A stretch of DNA of 23,685 nt, taken from the NCBI GenBank assembly GCA_052387355.1, contig JBQTJG010000519.1, positions 1-23,685 on the forward strand. Direction: 5' to 3'. The notes under the pieces were generated by a model, which had not been told where the DNA came from, made no database searches, and worked only from the letters and a program-made list of their open reading frames with translations. Below are positions 1 through 6,740 of this stretch, in pieces. Positions within the stretch are counted from its first letter, which is position 1. Each line of letters begins with the position of its first letter. The position numbers and the translations under genes were made by a program. Source of the DNA: Armatimonadota bacterium (GTDB lineage: Bacteria > Sysuimicrobiota > Sysuimicrobiia > Sysuimicrobiales > Humicultoraceae).

Positions 1-1
1 G

Positions 2-898
2 GCGCTCGAAGAGATGCTTGCGACGATCCCCAAGCACAAGGGGACCGAGAAGATGCAGGCGAATCTCAAGAGCCGCATCGCCAAACTGCGCGCCGAGACC
101 CAGCGTAAGAAAAGCACAGCGCGGGCCCGCCCCTTCTACCATGTCGAGCGTGAGGGCGCGGGGCAGATCGTGCTGGTCGGCGCCCCGAACTCAGGCAAGT
201 CATCGGTCCTGGCCGCTCTCACCAACGCTGCTCCTGGGATCGCCAGCTACCCCTTCACGACCCGGGTGCCCCTGACCGGCATGGCGGCCTTCGAAGACGT
301 CCAGATTCAACTTGTCGACCTGCCGCCGATCAGCGAAGAATCGGCCGAAGGATGGCTCTTTGGGATCATCCGGAGCGCGGACGCCGCGTTGGTGGTGGTG
401 GACCTGACCGACGAGGATCTCCTGACGTCAACGGAGCACGTGCTGGCCCTGCTGGCGTCTGCCAACATCACCGTGATCCATCCGGGCACGCCTCGCGCCG
501 CCAACCACGTGCCCGGTGTGTTCGTTGCGGCGAAGCTCGACGCGCCTGGCGCGCGCGAGGTGCTCGACGTCTTCGAAGAATTCTACGGAGGCCGGTTGCC
601 CGTGCTTTCGGTGTCGGTCGATCAGGCCGTCAACCTGCCCGAACTCCGGAAGACGACGTTTGATCTCCTCAAGATCATCCGGGTCTACAGCAAGAAGCCG
701 GGCGCAAAGCCCGATCTCACTGTCCCCTTCGTCTTACGGCGAGGGACCACCGTCCTCGAGGCCGCCGGGGTCGTCCACAAGGACTTCGCCGCACACTTGA
801 AGTACGCCCGGCTGTGGCGGCGCGGGGAGATCGAGGGTCTGATGATCGGGCGGGATCACACCCTCGAGGACGGCGATGTGCTCGAGCTGCACACGTAG
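2..898 (+). CDS. DRG-family (developmentally-regulated GTP-binding protein-like) GTPase with C-terminal TGS domain. It is 5'-partial: the gene starts upstream of the window.
   Basis: The open frame runs from position 2 (ALEEMLATIPKHKGTE...). The N-terminal helix KHKGTEKMQANLKSRIAKLRAE matches the DRG signature KNKATE..LKAKLAKYRAQ. P-loop is GAPNSGKSS, G2 is YPFTT, G3 region is QLVDLPPISE, G4 region is FVAAKLD. The C-terminal TGS segment IIRVYSKKPGAKPDLTVPFVL...HTLEDGDVLELH matches DRG ([21 protein letters not shown]...HTLEDEDVIQIV). Stop at 896-898. Confidence 0.8.
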   Translation, partial: ALEEMLATIPKHKGTEKMQANLKSRIAKLRAETQRKKSTARARPFYHVEREGAGQIVLVGAPNSGKSSVLAALTNAAPGIASYPFTTRVPLTGMAAFEDVQIQLVDLPPISEESAEGWLFGIIRSADAALVVVDLTDEDLLTSTEHVLALLASANITVIHPGTPRAANHVPGVFVAAKLDAPGAREVLDVFEEFYGGRLPVLSVSVDQAVNLPELRKTTFDLLKIIRVYSKKPGAKPDLTVPFVLRRGTTVLEAAGVVHKDFAAHLKYARLWRRGEIEGLMIGRDHTLEDGDVLELHT

Positions 899-941
899 AC
901 AGAGACGGCGGGGGAGGCTCGCCCTCGCGCGATAGAACCGG

Positions 942-1322
942 TTACATCGGGAGGCCGGTCTGCTGCGCCGGGGCCCCACGCTGCCAGACGAAGAGCACGG
1001 CGCCCTGGTTGTCGGCGAAACTGGCCCACGCGCCCATGTTGCCTTCGATCGCGGTCTTCGGCTTCAATACCTTGCCTCGCGCTTTCTTGATCTCCTTCAG
1101 TGTCGCGTCGATATTCTCGACCTCGACATAGGCCTGGACGGCCGCCTTGGTCGGGACCTTCTTCACCTTCACGATCCCGCCGCCGACGCCGCCGCCCGGG
1201 ACCTGGAACAGGGTGTACTCCTTGCCGAAGTCCTGAAACGTCCATCCGAAGATCTTGCCGTAGAAGGCCTTCGCGCGTTTGAGGTCGCGCGCTGGAATCT
1301 CGACGTGGACGAATCCGTGCAC
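942..1322 (-). CDS. VOC / glyoxalase-bleomycin resistance family protein
   Basis: Translation is HGFVHVEIPARDLKRAKAFYGKIFGW...GNMGAWASFADNQGAVLFVWQ, a typical glyoxalase-fold N-terminus and beta-alpha-beta-beta-beta pattern. The start is most likely the GTG at 1322, preceded by GGAGGTGGaaaag. An alternative in-frame GTG at 1331 exists. Confidence 0.7.
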   Translation of the reverse strand: MHGFVHVEIPARDLKRAKAFYGKIFGWTFQDFGKEYTLFQVPGGGVGGGIVKVKKVPTKAAVQAYVEVENIDATLKEIKKARGKVLKPKTAIEGNMGAWASFADNQGAVLFVWQRGAPAQQTGLPM

Positions 1323-1385
1323 CTTTTCCACCTCCAGTATGCGGGTCAGAGGAGTTTCTCCAACCGTGGCCGGCTTCCTCGTCGC

Positions 1386-2024
1386 CTACCGGAACATCGA
1401 CCGGAGGCGCTCGAACAGCGCCAGGACCAGCCCGGCGGAGAATCCGATCAAGCCCAACGAAATGCCGCCGACGACCGCCCCGGCCCCCATGAAGACCGCG
1501 TCCCGGTTGAGCATTCCCATCCCGATCAGCATCACTGAGATCGCCGGGAGCGTATTCAGGAAGGGGAGAGGGCTCAGCAGCACCAGTCCCATCAGAAACA
1601 CCATGATGCCGACCAGCCGCAGGACCACCTTCTCGCTCAGCCAGACTCCCCGAGGCCGGGAGAACCGCTCGGCTCTCCGAATCAAGGGCACCCCGCGCTC
1701 GCGCAGCGCCTTCACCGTGCCCGGCTCGAGGACCCGATCGCGCAACCGCCGTGGTATCCAGGGACGCGTGCTCCCGGAGAGCATCTGGACGGCGAACGCG
1801 GCGTAGATGGGGCCAACGATGGTGGACGCGCCCGGCGGCAGGATCGGAATCAACATCGGCAGACCGAGCACGAGCAGGAGCAGGCCGAATCCCCGATCAG
1901 CGGTACGGTCGACCAGGTCGCCGAGGCTGATCGGCCGGGTCTTCGCCTCATCGAGCACTGCCTCGATGACCGCAGAGAGCGGCAGTTCCTGCTCGCCTTC
2001 TCCCGCCTGCCGCGCTGTTACCAT
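1386..2024 (-). CDS. ExoD-family membrane protein (exopolysaccharide synthesis ExoD-like)
   Basis: Recalled ExoD-family features are present: LPMLIPILPPGASTIVGPIY, GSTRPWIPRRL and C-terminal hydrophobic helices. Length ~212 aa is typical of the family. Confidence 0.6.
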   Translation of the reverse strand: MVTARQAGEGEQELPLSAVIEAVLDEAKTRPISLGDLVDRTADRGFGLLLLVLGLPMLIPILPPGASTIVGPIYAAFAVQMLSGSTRPWIPRRLRDRVLEPGTVKALRERGVPLIRRAERFSRPRGVWLSEKVVLRLVGIMVFLMGLVLLSPLPFLNTLPAISVMLIGMGMLNRDAVFMGAGAVVGGISLGLIGFSAGLVLALFERLRSMFR

Positions 2025-2054
2025 GCAGCGTTTGCCTTCATCGCCGGCCTGTCG

Positions 2055-2948
2055 TCATCCCAGCGTCATCCGCGGGTCGAGCGCATCTCGCAACCCGTCG
2101 CCCAGGAGATTGAACGCCATGACCGCCAGGAAGATCGCCAGTCCGGGAAATGTGGCGATGTACCATGACGAGAACATGTAGGTCTGGCCCTCTCCCAGCA
2201 TCGTACCCCACTCAGGCGTCGGGGGTCTGACGCCCAGCCCGAGGAACCCGAGTCCAGCCGCAGTCAAAATGGCGGTGCCGAGCTGGAGCGTGGATTGGAC
2301 AATCACAGGCGGCAGGCAGTTGGGCAGCACGTGCCGCGCAACGATCCGACGATCCGGCACACCCAGCGCCCTCGCCGCTTCGACGTACACCTGCTGTCTG
2401 ATGGAGAGGGCGACGCCACGCACGAGCCGGACATACACGGGGACCGTCGCGAGGCCAACCGCGACGACAACGTTCGCAATCCCCACGCCAAGCACCGCGA
2501 TGAGCGTCAGTGCCAGAAGAAAGCCCGGGAAGGCGAGCATCAGGTCGACCAGCCGCTGTACGCCGATGTCGATCCACCCTGCGTAGTAGCCGGAGACCAG
2601 CCCGATGGGCACGCCGAGCAGCGCGCTCAGGATCACGGCCAGAATGCCGATGAGGAATGAGACCCGCGCGCCGTATACGACTCGGGTCAGGAGGTCGCGG
2701 CCCAATTGATCGGTGCCCAGGGGATGGGTCGGGGACGGCCGCCGGAGCACCCGCTCGAAATCGGCTTCGTTGGGGTCTTCTGTGAAGATGACCGGCGCCA
2801 ATGCCGTGGCGATGACGAAGGCCATCAGGATCATCTGGCCGACCAGCGCGGTCCGGTGCCGGCTCAGCCGACGGAACACGCCCGGCCGCGCCCGGACGTC
2901 GACGGACGCCGAAAACCACCTACCCGTAGTGGATACGCGGGTCGACAT
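2055..2948 (-). CDS. ABC transporter permease, DppC/OppC-like (peptide/nickel/opine family)
   Basis: LGTDQLGRDLLTRVVYGARVSFLIGILAVILSALLGVPIGLVSGYYAGWIDIGVQRLVDLMLAFPGFLLALTLIAVLG is the canonical DppC core. The start was chosen as the ATG at 2948 (MSTRVSTTGRWF...VFRRLSRHRTALVG). It overlaps the upstream permease by 29 nt. The exact start is uncertain. Confidence 0.85.
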   Translation of the reverse strand: MSTRVSTTGRWFSASVDVRARPGVFRRLSRHRTALVGQMILMAFVIATALAPVIFTEDPNEADFERVLRRPSPTHPLGTDQLGRDLLTRVVYGARVSFLIGILAVILSALLGVPIGLVSGYYAGWIDIGVQRLVDLMLAFPGFLLALTLIAVLGVGIANVVVAVGLATVPVYVRLVRGVALSIRQQVYVEAARALGVPDRRIVARHVLPNCLPPVIVQSTLQLGTAILTAAGLGFLGLGVRPPTPEWGTMLGEGQTYMFSSWYIATFPGLAIFLAVMAFNLLGDGLRDALDPRMTLG

Positions 2949-3852
2949 ACGCGTAGAGGAGATCGACGGCAAGGTTGACTGCGGCGAACAGCAGCGCGAA
3001 GACCAGCACGATGCCCTGGATGATCGGATAGTCGCGCGACGAGATCGCGTTCACCAGCAGGCGGCCCATGCCCGGCCAGGCGAACGTGGTCTCCGTCAGG
3101 ATCGCGCCGCCCAGCAGGGCGCCGAATTGCAGACCGATGACCGTGAGAATCGGTATCAGGGCGTTCTTGAGCGCGTGCCGGAGGATCACGGCGTGCCCCC
3201 GCAGCCCCTTGGCGTGCGCGGTGCGGACGTAGTCTTGCGTGAATGTCTCGAGCAGGCTGCTCCGCGTCATCCGCGCGATGATGGCGATAGAGAAGGCGGC
3301 GAGCGCAATAGTCGGCAGGATGAAGTGCGCCGGGCCGCCATAGCCGCCTGCAGGCAACCAGTGCAGGGAGACCGAGAAGAGGAGCATCAGCATCAAGCCC
3401 AGCCAGAAGACCGGGATCGACACGCCAAATAACGCGACACCCATGACGAGATAATCCAACGCCGAATACTGACGGGTCGCCGACACGATGCCGGCGGTCA
3501 GGCCGACGATGGTGGCCACGACGATGCTCGAGATGGCAAGCAACACCGTAGCCCGCATGCGCGCGCCGATCTCGTCGATGACAGACACCCGCGTTACGGC
3601 CGAGAGACCTAGATCGCCCCGCACCAGGCGGGTGAGGAAGCGGGCGTACTGCACGTAGAGTGGCTGGTCGAGGCCCAGTTCGACCCGCATCCGCGCGACC
3701 TCTTCCTCGGAAGCCTGGATACCGGCGATGACTCGAGCCGGGTCGCCCGGGATGAGCCGGATGAGCAGGAAGATGATCACGGTCACCCCGAGCAGGGTCG
3801 GTAGCGCCAGCCCGACGCGGCGCAGGATGTAGGGGCCGAGCGACGATCCCAT
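2920..3852 (-). CDS. ABC transporter permease, DppB/OppB-like
   Basis: N-terminus YILRRVGLALPTLLGVTVIIFLLIRLIPGDP, the EAA-like loop RTAHAKGLRGHAVILRHALKNALIPILT, and C-terminal VDPRIHYG. The start was set at the ATG at 3852 (MGSSLGPYILRR). The in-frame GTG at 3876 is an alternative. Neither has a purine-rich SD. Confidence 0.85.
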   Translation of the reverse strand: MGSSLGPYILRRVGLALPTLLGVTVIIFLLIRLIPGDPARVIAGIQASEEEVARMRVELGLDQPLYVQYARFLTRLVRGDLGLSAVTRVSVIDEIGARMRATVLLAISSIVVATIVGLTAGIVSATRQYSALDYLVMGVALFGVSIPVFWLGLMLMLLFSVSLHWLPAGGYGGPAHFILPTIALAAFSIAIIARMTRSSLLETFTQDYVRTAHAKGLRGHAVILRHALKNALIPILTVIGLQFGALLGGAILTETTFAWPGMGRLLVNAISSRDYPIIQGIVLVFALLFAAVNLAVDLLYAYVDPRIHYG

Positions 3853-3883
3853 CAGGGGGTCACGGGGGAAGGGCACAAAGACC

Positions 3884-3913
3884 GGGGGCCGCCGCCGTCA
3901 GGCGGCGGCCCCC
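3884..3913 (-). terminator. Very stable intercistronic stem-loop between the SBP and permease genes. The stem is a perfect 13 bp (GGGGGCCGCCGCC/GGCGGCGGCCCCC) with a 4-nt loop. Likely a partial terminator or mRNA-stabilising element.
   Basis: A perfect inverted repeat is read directly at 3884-3896 and 3901-3913 with loop gtca. It lies 25 nt downstream of the SBP stop (3938) on the transcribed minus strand. No U-tract follows. Confidence 0.45.
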
Positions 3914-3937
3914 ACGGCCCGGCGGCTGGATCACCGG

Positions 3938-5509
3938 CTACTTCCACGTCGCGTTGCTCGTGTCCCACTTCTCGATAGGTAGGACGCGCACACCCTCCAG
4001 ATTCTTGACTGTGACCACATACCACTTCTGCGTCCACATGAAGACCCAGGGCGCATCATTCCAGATCAGTTCCTGTGCTTCCTTGTAGATGCCCTTGCGC
4101 TTCTCGAGATCGAGGGTGCTCCGGCCCTGAACCAACAGTTGGTCCACCTTGTCGTTCTTGTAGTATGCCGGACCCAGCCCTGTAGGCGGGTGCGAGGTGG
4201 AATGGAACTGGCCGTACAGCGCGCCGTCGCAGTCGAGCACCGGCCACGCCCAGCCCAGCACGATCATCTGGATACGCGTGCGATCCGGCGGGGTCAGAAT
4301 CATCCCGACGTACGACGGCCAGTCCATGGTGCTGACGTTGGCGCGGATGTTCACGTTACGCAACTGCGCAGCGACCGCCTGGGCGAACTGGAAGTCCTGG
4401 ATGTAGCGGCCGGTCGGCGCGAAGAAGTTCACTTCGAAGCCGTCCTTGAACCCGGCCTCGGCCAGTAACTGCTTGGCTTTGATCGGGTTGTAGGGCCAGC
4501 CGCCCTCCTGCATCGGGACGCCGCCGAACATCATGGGCGGGCACGGCGAGACGGACACGGTGCCCAGGTCGAACAGCACGCTGGCCAGGATGGCCTTCTT
4601 GTTGATCGCGTAGTTCATCGCCTGGCGCACGCGTACGTCCTTGAACGGCCCCCACTGGTTGTTCAGGACCAGGAAAACGGTCCGGTCGGTCGGCGCCTCG
4701 ACCACATTCACCCGTGGATTCTTGCGCAGACCTTTGACGTCTGGAGCCGGCGGCAGCATGGCCATGTGGACGTCGCCGGCCAGCAACTGCGCCAGGCGCG
4801 TGCCCGCGTCGGGCACGACCCGAAACAGCACCTCGTCGAAGATCGGCTTCTTGCCCGAGTAGCTGGGGTTCCGCTCGAGGAGGATGCTGTCGCCGCGCCG
4901 CCACTCTTTGAACATGTACGGGCCGGTGCCGGCGCCCGCCGGCGCCTGCGGGAAGCGGTCGCCCGCGCGCTGGACCGCGGCCGGGGAGATGATCGCGCCC
5001 AGGGCGCCGCCGATGTTCGGCAGAAAGATCGGGCTGGGCTGGCTCAGCGTGATGCGGACGGTCAGATCATTGACCACCTCGATCGACTTCATCGCCGACA
5101 CGAGGTGGCGGTTCGGCACCCGGATCTTCGGATCGAGGAGCCGTTCGAGGCTGAACTTCACCGCCGCGGCGTTCATGGGCGTGCCGTCGTGGAACGCGAC
5201 GCCCCGTCGCAGGTTGAACGTGTAGGTCAGCCCATCCCGGGAGACCTGCCACTTCTCCGCCAGCGCAGGTTTGATCTCGCCGGGTTTCTCGACGTACTCC
5301 GCCTGGATCAGCGGTTCGTAGATATAGTCGATCATGTTGATGACCGTGGTGGTCGTCTGACTGGCCGGATCGAGTGTGTCGGCGTCGATGCCGACCGCGA
5401 TACGCAATTGCCTTGGGACCGCCTGGGCGCCAACCGGCGTGCCTTGAAGCGAGAACAGCGCAGCCACGAGCACTATGATGATCCCGAGGCGCGCGAAGTT
5501 TCTGCTCAC
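3938..5509 (-). CDS. ABC transporter substrate-binding protein, family 5 (peptide/nickel/opine type), Sec signal peptide
   Basis: GTG start at 5509 is preceded by AGAGGGGGGAG. Signal peptide is MSRNFARLGIIIVLVAALFSLQGTPVGAQA. The family-5 SBP core is LRIAVGIDADTLDP...YTFNLRRGVAFHDGTP...NPSY. Length 523 aa. Confidence 0.9.
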   Translation of the reverse strand: MSRNFARLGIIIVLVAALFSLQGTPVGAQAVPRQLRIAVGIDADTLDPASQTTTTVINMIDYIYEPLIQAEYVEKPGEIKPALAEKWQVSRDGLTYTFNLRRGVAFHDGTPMNAAAVKFSLERLLDPKIRVPNRHLVSAMKSIEVVNDLTVRITLSQPSPIFLPNIGGALGAIISPAAVQRAGDRFPQAPAGAGTGPYMFKEWRRGDSILLERNPSYSGKKPIFDEVLFRVVPDAGTRLAQLLAGDVHMAMLPPAPDVKGLRKNPRVNVVEAPTDRTVFLVLNNQWGPFKDVRVRQAMNYAINKKAILASVLFDLGTVSVSPCPPMMFGGVPMQEGGWPYNPIKAKQLLAEAGFKDGFEVNFFAPTGRYIQDFQFAQAVAAQLRNVNIRANVSTMDWPSYVGMILTPPDRTRIQMIVLGWAWPVLDCDGALYGQFHSTSHPPTGLGPAYYKNDKVDQLLVQGRSTLDLEKRKGIYKEAQELIWNDAPWVFMWTQKWYVVTVKNLEGVRVLPIEKWDTSNATWK

Positions 5510-5590
5510 CGAACTCCCCCCTCTATGGACTCGATCAACATACGGACTCAGCCACAGATACGGAAACCGGAATTGCCAGTAGACTTACGG

Positions 5591-5605
5591 CACGGGGTTC
5601 CCGTT
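5591..5605. promoter_or_regulatory. Candidate operator/regulatory motif CACGGGGTTCCCGTT in the SBP-1 upstream region. Paired with a copy at 7717-7731.
   Basis: 14 of 15 nt are identical to CACAGGGTTCCCGTT at 7717-7731, with an imperfect dyad ACGGG-N3-CCCGT. Both copies lie ~85-100 nt upstream of the start codons of the two paralogous SBP genes. Confidence 0.3.
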
Positions 5606-5651
5606 CCCTTTACGCGTGGATGCCGCCAGCGGGACGGGCCGAACAGCGGAC

Positions 5652-5675
5652 GAGGGCGGTCGAGAGACCGCCCTC
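5652..5675 (-). terminator. Candidate factor-independent terminator without a U-tract, downstream of the cupredoxin pair. Stem is a perfect 10 bp with a 4-nt loop.
   Basis: GAGGGCGGTC-gaga-GACCGCCCTC is read at 5652-5675, ~46 nt downstream of the cupredoxin-1 stop (5720) on the minus strand. It lies between that gene and the SBP promoter region. Confidence 0.4.
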
Positions 5676-5719
5676 CACACGCCGTCAGCCGACGCGACAC
5701 GCCGGGCAGCGGCCAGAGG

Positions 5720-6151
5720 CTATGGTGCGGGTGCCTGTACCAGGAGAATGCCTGTCTGCCCCTTGTCCGCGTGATCTAACAGGCTGCAAAGGAAGGCGAA
5801 TGAGCCCCGGCCTTTGGCGACGAACTCGAACTCGGCCTGCTTCCCTGCCTGGACTCTGACCCACTTCCGGCCTTCGCTGGTTCCCTCATCGCCGTCCCCC
5901 CGGACGGTGAGGGGGATGTTCATCAAGTAGGTCGTCGAGAAGTTGTGCGCGCGGCCGATCGGGTCGATGTTCTTCAGCTTGATGACGACGGTATCGCCGT
6001 CGTTGATCCGAAGCTGGCCCGGCTCGAACTTGTACGACGTCATGACGATCTCGATGGTCTTCTTCTGTGGCGTCTGCGCAGGTACGGTGGCCGCGGGACC
6101 CAGCGCCACCGCAGCGGCGAGCAGACCTGTGAGGAGCACCCGTATACGCAT
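5720..6151 (-). CDS. Secreted cupredoxin (type-1 blue copper protein) with axial Gln ligand
   Basis: Signal peptide MRIRVLLTGLLAAAVALGPAATVPAQTP. His is in GRAHNF. C-terminal loop GRGSFAFLCSLLDHADKGQTGILLV gives Cys-x4-His-x4-Gln with the cupredoxin G.Y.F.C...H...G(M/Q).G...V pattern. RBS is GGGAGGAAGGG. Paralogue of 6208-6642. Confidence 0.7.
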   Translation of the reverse strand: MRIRVLLTGLLAAAVALGPAATVPAQTPQKKTIEIVMTSYKFEPGQLRINDGDTVVIKLKNIDPIGRAHNFSTTYLMNIPLTVRGDGDEGTSEGRKWVRVQAGKQAEFEFVAKGRGSFAFLCSLLDHADKGQTGILLVQAPAP

Positions 6152-6207
6152 ACCCTTCCTCCCAGAGTCGAAATCCCGGGGACCGTTCGCCCGGCGGCGC
6201 CGGGCTC

Positions 6208-6642
6208 CTACTCGGATCCCGCCGGTTTCACGAAGATCGCACCGGTCATTCCCGCGGCAGAATGCACGAAGACGCTACAGATAAACGCGTACGAGCCGCG
6301 GCCCGTGGCGACGAACTCGAACTCCGTCTGCTTGCCGGCATCAACACGCACGTATTTTCGTTCTTCCTCGATGGCCTGCCGGCCGTCACCGCGGACCGTC
6401 AGCGGGATGTTCACCAGGTAGCGCGTAGCCAGGTCATGTGGGCGGCCGAACTGATCGGCGTTCCGCAGCCGGATGACAACGGTGTCACCCTCGTTGATCT
6501 GTATTTGATTGGGCTCGAACTTGAACGACGACAGAGTGACGTCGAATACCTTCCGCGACGGGGTCTGGGCTGGCACAGAGACAGTGACGCCCAACGTCGC
6601 GAGAGCAACCAGCACGAGGCTGAATCCTAGCCGGATCTTCAT
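6208..6642 (-). CDS. Secreted cupredoxin (type-1 blue copper protein) with axial Met ligand
   Basis: Signal peptide MKIRLGFSLVLVALATLGVTVSVPAQTP. His is in GRPHDL. GRGSYAFICSVFVHSAAGMTGAIFV gives Cys-x4-His-x4-Met, the classic plastocyanin/amicyanin loop. RBS is GAGGGGGGAA. ~50% identical to the 5720-6151 product, and nucleotide-level similarity is visible. Confidence 0.75.
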   Translation of the reverse strand: MKIRLGFSLVLVALATLGVTVSVPAQTPSRKVFDVTLSSFKFEPNQIQINEGDTVVIRLRNADQFGRPHDLATRYLVNIPLTVRGDGRQAIEEERKYVRVDAGKQTEFEFVATGRGSYAFICSVFVHSAAGMTGAIFVKPAGSE

Positions 6643-6740
6643 GATATTCCCCCCTCTGTGGAAATAATGACTGATGCGCGCGCGCCCGCGGCCCAGTCCA
6701 GGTCACTCTTCTTAGGTAGCGTCTAAATGTATCAAACGTG

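Noticed and set aside
899-941. A GC-rich spacer (ggcgggggaggctcgccctcgcgc) between the convergent DRG and glyoxalase genes, considered as a terminator
   Set aside because: I could not find a clean inverted repeat longer than ~6 bp.
4766-5779. A 337-aa plus-strand ORF, plus other long ORFs such as 2212-2919, 2713-3432, 4356-4904, 5945-6421 and 17963-18538
   Set aside because: All are antisense or out-of-frame overlaps of well-supported genes. All have Arg/Pro/Gly-rich composition and no motifs. They are GC-driven spurious ORFs.
6158-6200. A short GC hairpin (CCCGGCG c CGCCGGG) between the two cupredoxin genes
   Set aside because: Once a feasible loop is allowed, the stem is only ~5 bp. It overlaps the RBS region of cupredoxin-1. 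It is probably insignificant in 67% GC DNA.
6700-6730. A CRP-like half-palindrome TGTGAcacgttTGATA and a possible TTGATA-N15-TAAGAA promoter upstream of cupredoxin-2
   Set aside because: Only one half-site matches the TGTGA...TCACA consensus and the spacing of the -35/-10 hexamers is suboptimal. It is too weak to call.
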